The notes: generated by a model from the letters alone, not told the origin. A stretch of 48,198 nt of DNA from Octopus bimaculoides (GCF_001194135.2 NC_068986.1:18286005-18334202); one strand, 5' to 3'; counted from the first letter of the stretch, positions 11,803-23,380 are shown. Numbers and translations: made by a program.

Positions 11803-11975
11803 TAACGGCAACGCGCTCATTCAATGATATTGCAATATTTCCAATATTTAGGGGAAGATTTCGTGAACCGACGACATGTCCTGAATTTCTGAAATGTGTA
11901 CTTTTAAACGTTATGCAGATATTTAGATGCTCATGAGAATGGCTTTTTATTCCGCCATGCACAGTTCGCATGTTT
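11803..11975 (+). repeat. ~170-bp local repeat, copy 2 (empty site)
   Basis: Same sequence as 10928-11240 without the SINE and with a single aatatttccaa. Confidence 0.85.
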
Positions 11976-12337
11976 CTAACATTATTACTCGTATTGCAAG
12001 TTTCAATGGTATTTCAATTGTTTTCCAATACATTATCCATTCGATCACACAAGTCAGAAGGAAGTGAATATTTTCGCTGCGAAACATATTTATGAATTTC
12101 TGGCTAAAAATAAGATGGATGCAACGTTTTTCATTAAATATCTTTCAACATACGCACATATTGTGTACGCATAGAGTGTAGGTTCGGCTTCGTGCGGTGA
12201 AAGCGACTGGTGCATCTTATACAATAATCTCTTAAGATTGGCATGAATAATGAAGAAACACAGACATTAATTTCAATTGTTTGCTTAATTTTTTTTTATA
12301 TTTGATTTGACTGTATATATAAATACATATATACATA

Positions 12338-12650
12338 TACGTGGTAGGATCATTATGGATCAGAACTGTTGCTATAGTAACGCATCTAAAGCATATAGAG
12401 TGAAGCCGTTTGGCACAAATTGACCGTATTGTGCATGCACACTAAATGTTACCATTGTATCTTACTTTTGCTGTATACAGCAGTGCTTGGAAAGAACGTG
12501 TGTAGTGTGTTATAGTCGCACTGATTATGAAGAAAGTTGAGCAGAGAATTGGTATCAAATTTTGCCAAATGCTTGGGGATACTGTCTCAGGGGTCTATGC
12601 ATAGTTTTCAAAATTGTTCATCTTTCTCCACACAATCAAAGATATCTTAT
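12338..12650 (+). mobile_element. Non-autonomous mariner, 5' part
   Basis: TA-cgtggt terminus, palindromic gttgctatagtaac, and a truncated transposase start MKKVEQRIGIKFCQMLGDT at 12527 (mariner N-terminal EQRxxIKFC motif). Confidence 0.65.
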
Positions 12651-12654
12651 ACAA

Positions 12655-12885
12655 AGGAAATCCACGTGTCATTCTTCTCAGCTTTGGCACAACCTTACAC
12701 GACACGCGTCTCATACTCAAATATTTGTGACTAATCGGCACATCTGGTAACTAACGAATGGTAATTCGACGATTTTATCGCAAAGCTGTACGCATGTCTG
12801 AGTTGTTTTTCTCAGCTCTGCTGGTTGCGGGACTCCTAGAGCGCTCGTTAATATCGACATTTTTACGGCCATCTTTTAATTGTTT
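12655..12885 (-). mobile_element. Mariner transposase fragment (HTH to WVPxxL region)
   Basis: Minus strand: LKDGRKNVDINERSRSPATSR...NRRITIR*LPDVPISHKYLSMRRVSCKVVPKL, matching mariner FKxGRxxxxDxxRSGRP...RRxTIR...LxMRRVxAKFVPKL. Confidence 0.75.
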
Positions 12886-13029
12886 CAGTCAAGTGAATAT
12901 CTTTGCTACGAAACACACTTTTCAATATACGTAAGAGGCTTTCTCTCCTTCCTGAGCGACAAACTAATAGACCTGCTTATTGTTCAAACACTGGTCTTCG
13001 TCTTTTGTTTTTTTTCTGAAAATGTCAAC

Positions 13030-13031
13030 TA

Positions 13032-13069
<38 letters not shown>

Positions 13070-13150
13070 TGCGCGCGTGCATGCGTGTGTGAGCTCGCTT
13101 GCGCGCGTATGTGCATGTATGTGTATATATGTATGTATATATATATGTAC
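13030..13150. repeat. (TG)n/(TA)n compound microsatellite
   Basis: Direct reading. Confidence 0.9.
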
Positions 13151-13269
13151 GCCAGCTTCATTTAATTCGTTCTTAGTCGAAAGACACCTTTTCTTAATGA
13201 ACTGTTATTTGCATTTGTATTTGTGTACCATTTCTCCGTGTTTTTTTGTGTCCTTGTTTTCGTATATAT

Positions 13270-13470
13270 TCGCTGCTTTCTTCCGAAGATTCTAGTGGTC
13301 TTAGCTTAAGTTTTCTTTGAGGCTGGCCAGATTGGAGCAATCTCGAGTATAACCAGCCGAAATTGCAAAGATAATCTGGAACTCGATTTTGGAAAGAAAA
13401 CTCCGAAGAACCAATCCTTGTTTTTTCTTGTCCCTTTTTTGCATGATCTAACTGTCTGGATGTTTTGTAT
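13270..13470 (-). mobile_element. Possible CR1/L2-like LINE 3' coding fragment
   Basis: HAKKGQEKTRIGSSEFSFQNRV loosely resembles the CR1 terminal 'GHxxKL...R...FFSxRV' block; weak match. Confidence 0.3.
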
Positions 13471-14099
13471 TCCATTATATATATATATATATATNNNNNN
13501 NNNNNNNNNNNNNNNNNNNNNNNNNNNNNNNNNNNNNNNNNNNNNNNNNNNNNNNNNNNNNNNNNNNNNNNNNNNNNNNNNNNNNNNNNNNNNNNNNNNN
13601 NNNNNNNNNNNNNNNNNNNNNNNNNNNNNNNNNNNNNNNNNNNNNNNNNNNNNNNNNNNNNNNNNNNNNNNNNNNNNNNNNNNNNNNNNNNNNNNNNNNN
13701 NNNNNNNNNNNNNNNNNNNNNNNNNNNNNNNNNNNNNNNNNNNNNNNNNNNNNNNNNNNNNNNNNNNNNNNNNNNNNNNNNNNNNNNNNNNNNNNNNNNN
13801 NNNNNNNNNNNNNNNNNNNNNNNNNNNNNNNNNNNNNNNNNNNNNNNNNNNNNNNNNNNNNNNNNNNNNNNNNNNNNNNNNNNNNNNNNNNNNNNNNNNN
13901 NNNNNNNNNNNNNNNNAAAAGCAACAGTAACATCCACCCCTAGGGGTCAGCCACACTTAAGTGGCAATATACTACACTTTATATATATATATATATCCTT
14001 TATCTTTTGCTTCCATAATGAGAGTTTATACAGGCGTGTGTATGTACATATATGTTTGTAAGTATAATTATATAAATGTATGTATATATATATAACTTT

Positions 14100-15001
14100 C
14101 TAACGGATAGACGTCAGAGGTGGCCAATGGACTTACCTGAAAGGAAACACGAAGAGTAGGTGGTGTTCCACGTGAGATTGTCTTTGGGCTCCATTCTATT
14201 CATGCCCTCAGCTACTCAGCTAGACACACTCTTGCTGACTCTGCAGGTAATACAAAGGTCTCTCAGGGTTTACAGACACTGCATCTGCAGTGGAATATAC
14301 AGGTGGTCAAATAACAATAACGTGCCGTTTAATGCTGTAATACTCCAAGCCCTACATTACCAGCACACAGACATGAACGAAATGCAGACAGGGTTCACTG
14401 GTCCTGGAGGAATCGTAATCCCTGAATCAAAATCATTATACAATTAAGCGCTGAACTCGAAGCAATCCAGTGGAGCTACACAAAGAAAATCGTTTCAATG
14501 AAAAGTGTCAGCTAGTGAGAAAGACTGGAAAAGTTAAAATTCTACTCCCTGGAACGGAGGTGGGAGATATGCCGTGATACACACCTTGAAGATCCTGGAA
14601 GAACTTTTGGTAAACTTTGGCATTGAGCGTTACACAGAAAGCAGAACGGCGTTCAGCTTTGAAGTTCCAAAGATCCCAACATCATATACAGGACCACATT
14701 GTACAACCGCTTAGGTTTCAACGGCTAACAACTCTACAATATCCTTCCAAACTGCCTGACTTACCTGCATATTGTGGATGTAGGTGTCTTCAAAGAAAAA
14801 CTGGATATTCTCTTTAACGGGTTCCGGATGAACCTACCTCACCGCAAGGAATATAGATGAAAATAGACTCATCAAACCCAGTCGTTCACTAAATGCTACA
14901 TATCAAAGGAGGTTTCAAATAATGAAGTTGTGGCAAAGCCAACGGTGGCGCCCCAGCTTGATCGCAGCTTTTGTGCTGAAACCAGTTAAAGGGTTAAAGA
15001 G
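14100..15001 (+). mobile_element. CR1-group LINE, 5'-truncated, degenerate, with 3' tail
   Basis: GGVPR..FG (RT GVPQGxVLGP), 'LADSAGNTKVSQ' (YADD region decayed), 'LKFYSLERRWEI..VIHTLKILE', 'VFKEKLD..GVPDEP' blocks; tail ggcgccccagc...ctgaaac...aaagag followed by (TA)n. Confidence 0.8.
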
Positions 15002-15078
15002 TTATATATGTATGTATATCTACGTGTGCGCGTGTGTGTGCATATCATATATCAATGTTTCAGATACATAAGTATATC

Positions 15079-15079
<1 letters not shown>

Positions 15080-15163
<84 letters not shown>

Positions 15164-15165
15164 GT
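15080..15165. repeat. (TA)n microsatellite
   Basis: Direct reading. Confidence 0.95.
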
Positions 15166-15664
15166 ATAAGTTTGTGTGAGTAGCCCTGACGATGTTTGCG
15201 TATGCACGTATACATGTATGTACAAATATGTAATTGCTAATGGAAAGCAATAGAGAGACAATGAGAGCGAATGACAGATGCTTCTATCGTATGTCAAACT
15301 GCCAAAAGCAAATGACACTTCACCTGATCTATATGCAAAACATGAAAATAAAGATTTTCGGTAGCCACTTACAAATATTATTGCACGCTTGTATATGTAT
15401 AGAAGTTAATATCGTTTTGAGAATAGTTACATACATTAAACGTATTTACAGAAACCGTTTATTTCTGATAAACCGTTACTTATAACTATAATAGGATGTG
15501 TTTGTTAAATATATCTGTATTCTGACGTACAAAAATGATTTGAATGATATATTTATTCTGCCTTGTCATACAGGCGGAGAAAACTTAGACTACCTGTTAT
15601 GATTTTTATTGAATTTTAAGGGACTTTCAATCAGGATTTAGGTATCATTTAATATTTATAGCTT

Positions 15665-15862
15665 AATTGTTACAGTCATCAGACTGTTACCATGCTGGTG
15701 CACCACCTTGCAGAATCTTTAGTCGAATGAATGGTCCACAGTATGTTATTTTAAGGCCCGGTCGTATTCTCTCAATATCCTTTGCCGGATTGCTCTTACC
15801 TGAGAGGTAAACAACCGAACACCGGATGCCAAGAGGGTAAACACACACTTATATTTATATAT
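15665..15862 (-). mobile_element. SINE family B, 3' half (split by a mariner)
   Basis: 'gttacagtcatcagactg..ccatgctggtgcacc...ctttgccgga...gtaaacaaccgaacaccgg' is the reverse complement of the family-B 3' half. Confidence 0.75.
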
Positions 15863-15865
15863 ATA

Positions 15866-17085
15866 TGAGGTTGAGTAAAAAGTAATTAACGTTTTGAACC
15901 ATGAAGAATTTGTACCGGATATATGCAGAGTTTTGAATGGTTTTAAACGTTGTTTTGTCTGATAATAGAGACATAGAAATGCCGAAACGCATCGATAAAT
16001 TAACATTGCTGTTTTTTGGGCCCTTCTTACAATCATCTGAAATGAAACTCTCAAAGAGAGATAATCGAGCAATTTTGCTATTCAACTTCAAAAAAGACGT
16101 AAAATAGCGGAAACCATTCGCGATATCAACAAAACGCTTGGTGAGAATATGACCAGTCAGTGGTCAGCTCGAAAATAGTCTAAAGGATTTCGCAGTGGAG
16201 GCCTGGGCTTTGAAGTTCGTGAGCTTAGAGGACGCCCATCTGATATCGATGACGGTCAATTGAAGACCATCTTTGAGAAAGAAAGACCGCTCATGCAAAA
16301 GAATTTTAAGTTAGCCAGAAAACTGCCTGCAACCATTTGCATGCGATCGGAAAATCAAATAGGCTCGACAAATAGGTACCACACGATTTGAATGAAAATT
16401 AGAAAATGCGCAGAAATGAAATTTGCTCGTCGCTTCTCCGTAAACAGACCGATCCCTATCTCGACCGTAGTGTAACTTACGACGAAAAATGGATTCTGTA
16501 CAAAAAAAGAAGAAAAAAACGTTCTTCGCTGTGGTTGGACCAAGATCAAGCACCGAAAGCCTTCCTCAAACCCGAGCACTTCAAAAAGAAGGGTACGGTG
16601 ACTGTTTGGCGTTGTACTGCTATAACTTCTTAAAACCCGGAATAAACTTTACTGCAGAAACATATTGCCATGACTGAAAACTGCTACTTCTCCGTCCCAG
16701 ACTGGTCACGGGAAGAGAGCCAATCATTCTTCATGACAATACTCGACCACACGTTTCAATAAAGACGCTCAAAAGTTAAGGGAATTTGGCTACGAAGTTC
16801 TTCTCCACCCAGTTTCTTTTCCTGACCTTTCTCGAGCAGACTATCACTTTTTCAAGTACTTTGATGGTTTCCTGCGAGAGGAGGTCAAACATCAAACCGA
16901 TGCTGAAAGGACGTTCAAAGAGTTCCAGATTTTTATGTTAACGGAATAAATAAACTTGTAACTCGGTGTCAAAAATGTTTTTATTGTAATGGTACTTACT
17001 CTGATGAATAACATTTCCGCATTGTTGAAATATGTTGCGATGAATTTCATGTTTCAAAACGTTGCTTCCGTTATACTTAACATGA
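15866..17085 (+). mobile_element. Mariner (Hsmar1/cecropia-like) DNA transposon, full length, inactivated
   Basis: Pseudo-ORF ~16042-17010: RAILLFNFK, RGRP, TYDEKWILY, HDNTRPH, PDLSRADYHFFKYFD, C-terminal KLVTRCQKC..NGTY; many stops and frameshifts; imperfect ~31-bp TIRs at 15870-15900 and 17051-17081. Confidence 0.93.
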
Positions 17086-17110
17086 TCTGTGTGTGCGTTG
17101 GGGGGGGGGG

Positions 17111-17235
17111 ACTGGCTTCTTTCGGTTATCGTATACGAAATCCGCTATCCACTCACAAAGCTTTAGTAGGCCTGAGATTACAGTTAAAGGTGACACGCAG
17201 TGAGAGACAAACTTCGTATTACACAGCCACGCATG
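17111..17235 (-). mobile_element. SINE family B, 5' half (split by a mariner)
   Basis: Reverse complement gcgtggctgtgtaatacgaag...actgcgtgtcacctt...aaagctttgtgagtggat...gaaagaagccagtc matches the family-B head at 6397-6550 and 39676-39800. Confidence 0.75.
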
Positions 17236-17371
17236 TACCTATATTAACAATTCTGCAGAAATAAAAACATTCATTAGATAGAAAGTCCTCTGGTGAGAAA
17301 CGCAATTGTAATAACAGTAACGTTCTAACTAAACACATGACGAATTTCGTTTAACAATAAACAGTAAGACT

Positions 17372-17594
17372 AAGGAGGCGAGCTGGCAGAAACGTTAGCA
17401 CACCGGGCGAAATGCTTAAAGCTATATCGTGTGTCTTTATATTCTGAGTTCATATTCCACCGAGGTCGACTTTACCTTTCATCCTTTCGGTGTCGATAAA
17501 TTAAGTACTAGTTGCGTACTGGGGTCAAACTAATCGACTGGTCCCCCCTCCCCCCAAAAGTTCGGGCCCTGTGCATAGAGTATCAAATAATATT
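17372..17594 (+). mobile_element. SINE family A, full length
   Basis: aaggaggcgagctggcagaaacgttagca head, family core, tail 'ttcgggccctgtgcatagagta'. Confidence 0.9.
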
Positions 17595-18122
17595 TAATAG
17601 GACTGTTCTTTTTTAAAACGAACAAAAGTACGTCAGATGAAATTTGTTGTGCGGCTACGGAGAGCTATTTTCGTCACTTATCCACAAAATAAATATCGTA
17701 ATAACATTAATTCAAGAAAAAAAAAAAAAACATTCTGCGCCAGCAGTGTCAGAGCATTGAACTAATAATTATTCTTTTTCAAAGAGAAATAACATATTCA
17801 ACGTTTATTTTTATAACAGTAAATAGCAATATATGGAAATTGTTACCAAGTGTTCTTCACGAACAGTTTTCAGATGAACAAGCCTCTCATTTGAACGATG
17901 TAGTATTGCAAATATTATTTTGAACACTTAAAGAAGTGCAACTTACCAAACATTTACTATCTGTTGTTCATTAATATGCACTCGGACATACGTAACACTA
18001 CACATTCACTCACATAAATATTTATGTACAAATATGGTGTGAGAGAATGTGTGTATGAGCGTGCATTAGTTAGCATGTATATGGGTATGCATATCTATAT
18101 ACGCATACATATATAAACTTAA

Positions 18123-18170
<48 letters not shown>

Positions 18171-18613
18171 NNNNNNNNNNNNNNNNNNNNNNNNNNNNNN
18201 NNNNNNNNNNNNNNNNNNNNNNNNNNNNNNNNNNNNNNNNNNNNNNNNNNNNNNNNNNNNNNNNNNNNNNNNNNNNNNNNNNNNNNNNNNNNNNNNNNNN
18301 NNNNNNNNNNNNNNNNNNNNNNNNNNNNNNNNNNNNNNNNNNNNNNNNNNNNNNNNNNNNNNNNNNNNNNNNNNNNNNNNNNNNNNNNNNNNNNNNNNNN
18401 NNNNNNNNNNNNNNNNNNNNNNNNNNNNNNNNNNNNNNNNNNNNNNNNNNNNNNNNNNNNNNNNNNNNNNNNNNNNNNNNNNNNNNNNNNNNNNNNNNNN
18501 NNNNNNNNNNNNNNNNNNNNNNNNNNNNNNNNNNNNNNNNNNNNNNNNNNNNNNNNNNNNNNNNNNNNNNNNNNNNNNNNNNNNNNNNNNNNNNNNNNNN
18601 NNNNNNNNNNNNN

Positions 18614-18652
<39 letters not shown>

Positions 18653-19173
18653 GTGTATGTGTGACTCTTATTATCTTATATATATATATATATATATATA
18701 TACACTTACATATGTGTGTGTGCAGAAAGAAAGAGATAGAGAGAGAGAGATAGATACATAGATAGATAAATAGATAGGTGTATATATATATATATATGCA
18801 CACACAAACGAAAACACACTCACACGCGCACACTCTTATATATGTATACAAGATAAACCCAAACATGGAATTTGATTTCACAATGAAATGTTCCAGAGTA
18901 AATAGCACAATTCCTTTCACCAAGTACTGAACCTACTCTGTCATTACTTACAAGAGATCAAAATATCTAATAAGATATAAAGTGTATTAAGCACATTGCG
19001 GTTTGCAATAGTTTTGGGAGTTAGTAAACGTTATTCGATAAAACGCGGACAGTGATGAGAATATTATAGAAAAAACAATAATTTTTCAAAAAAGTGAACC
19101 ATAACTAAAACAAAGTATTGATTATATTCCGAAAACGATAAGGTATGGAAGGTTGTTCTTCCACACATAAGAC

Positions 19174-19556
19174 GTTTTTGACACTTCGTCGCTTACGATG
19201 TCGAGGGTTCCAGTTGATCCGATCAATGGAACAGCCTGCTCGTGAAATTAACGTGCAAGTGGCTGAGCACTCCACAGGCACGAGTACCCTTAACGTAGTT
19301 CTCGGGGATATTCAGCGTGACACAGTGTGACAAGGCTGACCCTTTGAATTACAGGCGCAACAGAAAGAGGAAGAAGGACTGAGAGAAAGTTGTGATGAAA
19401 GAGTGCAGCAGGTGGCGCCACCATCCCCTGCTGGAGCCTCGTGGAGCTTTAGGTGTTTTCGCTCAATAAACACTCACAACGCCCTGTCTGGGAATCGAAA
19501 CCATGATCGTAAGAGCGCGAGTCCGCTTCCCTTACCACTGGGCCATTGCGCCTCCG
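19174..19556 (-). mobile_element. SINE family C (tRNA-derived), full length
   Basis: Minus-strand head ggaggcgcaatggcccagtgg (A box) ... ggtttcgattcc (B box); body highly similar to 38761-39106. Confidence 0.9.
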
Positions 19557-19619
19557 CACATGAGTAGTAAACATCAATAAATTCGTAAGCTGTTTTTTTT
19601 TTTTTTAGATAGTAACGCC

Positions 19620-20000
19620 CCCGCACTCCGTTTCATTAAATTTTGTAGAGTACACAGATTTTTGAAGGGCACCTGTCCTTTCTACTTGTTATATTCCAGC
19701 GTGGATTTGCTCTTAATATTTCTCTGAATATCCTCCAATTAATGAAAAGTCGGTGAAAAGAAGATGCTAATATCTACGATCAAAAATTGTTATGTCTGCT
19801 ACTTTGTTTCCGCGGCCGTATTCAAAGTAAACTCTTCCGAGATCTCTGGATCAATGACCCTTGATACATTACATACTACAAGCACACATTGCACATCAGA
19901 TATATCAGGGTTTTCGTTAAAGCACCCACAATTCAGCATAGTTCTGATATGTACTTTTCGTTTTTAAGGGCTTTATAAGTATTTTTAGATATTGACTTAT
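19620..20000 (-). mobile_element. Possible hAT (Buster/Charlie-like) transposase remnant
   Basis: Frameshifted minus-strand peptides KRK..YQNYAE / GCFNENPDISDVQCVL and ..QVERTGALQK loosely resemble the Buster N-terminal BED finger and downstream block; no TIR found. Confidence 0.25.
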
Positions 20001-20804
20001 TTCTTGCGACGACATTTACCTCTTTTCACTTCCTACTCTAATGATCCGGCTATTCTATGAACAAATGTTGCAGAAATGAAAGACCAAGCCATTTTGTCCA
20101 CTTTCTGAAGCAACTCTATTCCCTCGGATTTGTATGTTCTACGCAGTTCAAATCAGATTACCTTTTTCGGAGACATTTGAACGTATTTTCCTTATTGTAG
20201 TAGACAGAGAAATATTCACTTTCTTTGCTCGGATTTTATATGTAAATAAATATCAGCATAGAAACTTTGTTTTCGAAGACGTGCCTTCCTGGTGTATTTT
20301 TTGTTTTTCATCACTGATTCATATTGAAATTTCGGTAATTTTAAAAAATTCTAAAGACTGTTCTATTGCTATGCGAAGTGGTACACATGCTTTATTTTGA
20401 CGAAGTTTATCTGTCAGCGACAGTGTTGCTACTGTTGTGAAAGTTGACAATGTTTCTGTTCGATATGTTCAAATTGTATGTTGATATATAAGAGTAGCGT
20501 AGAGATATTAAACATTTGTTCAGTTTCTGAAATATTATTTGGCTTTTCTCATTTTGTTCGTATTGGGATTCTTTTTTAGAGAGCGTGGGTCGGAATATTC
20601 AGTGATTAAGTTATATACGTGAGAAGCGTGAAACAAGAGAACTTTTGGGAAAAGAAATAGAACAAACATGCATTTTTGTGTCTGTCTAATCTTTTTTCAG
20701 TGTAAAACTTTTATCTTTTTGTGTGTAGATCACTTTTTTCGAAAATTAAATCCTTCTGGTTCATAAAGAGATGCGTTTATCAATGTGTCCATCGCTCAGC
20801 AATG

Positions 20805-21312
20805 AATGGTGGTGGTGGTGGTGGTGGTGTTGGTCTTGGTGGTGGTGGTGATGGTNNNNNNNNNNNNNNNNNNNNNNNNNNNNNNNNNNNNNNNNNNNNN
20901 NNNNNNNNNNNNNNNNNNNNNNNNNNNNNNNNNNNNNNNNNNNNNNNNNNNNNNNNNNNNNNNNNNNNNNNNNNNNNNNNNNNNNNNNNNNNNNNNNNNN
21001 NNNNNNNNNNNNNNNNNNNNNNNNNNNNNNNNNNNNNNNNNNNNNNNNNNNNNNNNNNNNNNNNNNNNNNNNNNNNNNNNNNNNNGGTGGTGGTTGCGGG
21101 GGTGGGGTGATGATGATGATGGTGGTGGTGGTAGTGGCGAAGAAGATGATGATGATGATGATGATGGTGATGGTGGTGATGGTGATGATGATGATGATGG
21201 TGGTGGTGATGGTGGTGATGACGACGATGAGGACGACGATGATAATAAAAATAACAATAACAAAGACAGAATCATAATCATCAACAGGAACATAAACAAC
21301 AACAACAATAAT
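20805..21312. repeat. Compound trinucleotide microsatellite (GGT/GAT/GAC/AAT/AAC) spanning a gap
   Basis: Direct reading; source of the poly-G/D/V/S ORFs in the track. Confidence 0.95.
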
Positions 21313-22010
21313 ACGACTAATATTTGCAAGTGTCCAAGCCAGCCGCTAAGCGTCGCGGGTTGGGCAAGTGGCACATGAATATCGATCCAAAATGTGACCA
21401 AGTACGCTCCGGCAATAAGGTGCACTTGCATTAGTGTTAAGGCATTAACTTAAATTTTCGGGGTCAAGTCGTTAACACATAAGACAACAAGAAATATGAA
21501 CACGTGAGAATGCCGGACGGAACCGGAAATTGGGTTTTTGATGACAATTGCTCAAATCCTAGAAATTAAAAAAAATTCCTTTCAATTGCTTATAAATAAC
21601 AGGAAATAAAAACCCGATAAATTGCACAAATGTTTTAGAGAAGACCGTGTGTAATGATAACATGAACACCGCAACCATTGCAACGATTTAAGTTTCATAA
21701 AATATCATTAGAAACATTATCACATTGACACTCTATAAGGTAACGCTAATATATAAATTTTAATGTCTACTGCTACAATGTGCATAAGAAAAGAAAAAAA
21801 ATACAATCGACAGAAACAACATAACATCTAAAATATTAAACAGAAAACAAAGTTGACCTGAAACGATATGAATGAGCCTTTGTGGATATTCGTATATAGA
21901 TAGCCAATCCGATGACCAAAGTTAAAATCTCGGAGTTATGCTCTACAATGGTAGCGGTCTGAAGTGCGATCAAAACTGTGGGACAAACGCGAGAATTATG
22001 AGTTGTGGTT

Positions 22011-22028
22011 CCCTAACCCTAACCCTAA
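22011..22028. repeat. (CCCTAA)3 telomere-type hexamer, interstitial
   Basis: ccctaaccctaaccctaa read directly. Confidence 0.8.
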
Positions 22029-22117
22029 ACAACTCTCAGTGCTGCTAACTGTTTTTCTTCTACAAGTTACCCTACGCCGACATGTAAAGTCACAAATGAT
22101 ACCATGTGCCGCTTTTT

Positions 22118-22320
22118 CCATATTCTTTTCTACTCTAGGCACCGGACCCGAAATTTGGGGGGGGGGAGGGGGCCAGTCGATTACATCGACCCCAGTACGC
22201 AACTTAATTTATCGACCCTGAAAGGATGAAAGGCAAAGTCGACCTAGGCGGAATTTGAACTGAGAACGTAAAGACAGGCGAAATACCGCTAACCATCTCA
22301 CCCGGCGTGCTAACGTTTCT
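22118..22320 (-). mobile_element. SINE family A
   Basis: 'attcttttctactctaggcac...gaaaggatgaaaggcaaagtcgacc...gtgctaacgtttct'. Confidence 0.9.
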
Positions 22321-22508
22321 TATTTCTTTATTGTTCACTAGGGCTAAACATAGAGGGGACAAACAAGGACGGACAAAGGGATTAAGTCTATTACATCGAC
22401 CCAGTGAGTAATTGGTACTTAATTTATCGACCCCGAAAGGATGAAAAGAAAGTCGACCTCGGCGGGATTTGAACTCAGGACGTAGCGGCAGACGAAATAC
22501 CGCTAAGC
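22321..22508 (-). mobile_element. SINE family A, variant with a different 3' tail, 5'-truncated
   Basis: Same core, but the tail reads 'tatttctttattg...ggctaaacatagaggggacaaacaaggacggacaaaggg' on the + strand. Confidence 0.85.
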
Positions 22509-22514
22509 TAGTCT

Positions 22515-22865
22515 AGTAACAAAGGCATGGATGACTGAAAATTTTCATGATCATATAACCCCTAACATTTGGCCTCCTAATTCCCCAGATCTCAATCCAT
22601 TAGCGTATTACATGTGGAGCGTTGTTGAGAGAGAGGTCGATGCACACGCCCATAATAGCAAAGGTACTTTGAAAGCTGCCATAATCAGAGTAACGTCCAA
22701 AATGAACCAGGACCAATTGATTCGTGCAGGTAGATTTAGATCTCATATAGAAGCGGTTGTTATAGCCGAAAGTGGCTTTATTGAATAACATTGTACGAAA
22801 GGTTTATTTTTAACATCATAGAATTCTTTGATCAATAAAATTATTATATCTATGTTTTTAATAAA
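22515..22865 (+). mobile_element. Tc1/mariner (maT/DD37D-like) transposase C-terminal fragment
   Basis: ORF 22531-22788: WPPNSPDLNPLAYYMWS...RFRSHIEAVVIAESGFIE*, i.e. the SPDLNPLD-type motif and a typical C-terminus. Confidence 0.85.
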
Positions 22866-22871
22866 CCATCG

Positions 22872-22965
22872 ATTGGCAGAATCATTGGGGGAAAATGTTT
22901 AGTGATATCACTTGCAGTTCACTATGTCCTGAGTTCAAATGCCGCCGCGTTCAACGATTACCTTT
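22872..22965 (+). mobile_element. SINE family A, 5' fragment
   Basis: 'ttggcagaatc...gtcctgagttcaaatgccgccgcgttcaac'. Confidence 0.6.
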
Positions 22966-23112
22966 GGCCTCTTCTCTACACTGAAGTAAAGAGCAACACA
23001 AGAAAGAGCAAAGCAAAGCCGCTCGCACTAAAACCGCTTGATTGTCACGAAATTCGGAACAATTATTATTATCATTATCATCATCATCATCATCATTATT
23101 ACTAATATATTA

Positions 23113-23305
23113 GTACGCCCGGTTAAATGTCTAGCGTTATTTCGCCCGTCGCTACCAATGTTCTGAGTTCAAATTCCCTCCATATCGACCTTGCCTTCCA
23201 AATTTCCGGGGTCGATAAATTAAGCACCAGTCAAGTACTGAATCAACGTAATCGCCGATACCTCTCCCCACAAATTCCAAGCCTTGTGCCTGTAGTAGAA
23301 CGTAT
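23113..23305 (+). mobile_element. SINE family A
   Basis: 'ttctgagttcaaattcc...ggggtcgataaattaagcaccag...gccttgtgcctgtagtagaa', running into (ATT)n. Confidence 0.85.
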
Positions 23306-23321
23306 TGTTATTATAGTTATG

Positions 23322-23380
<59 letters not shown>

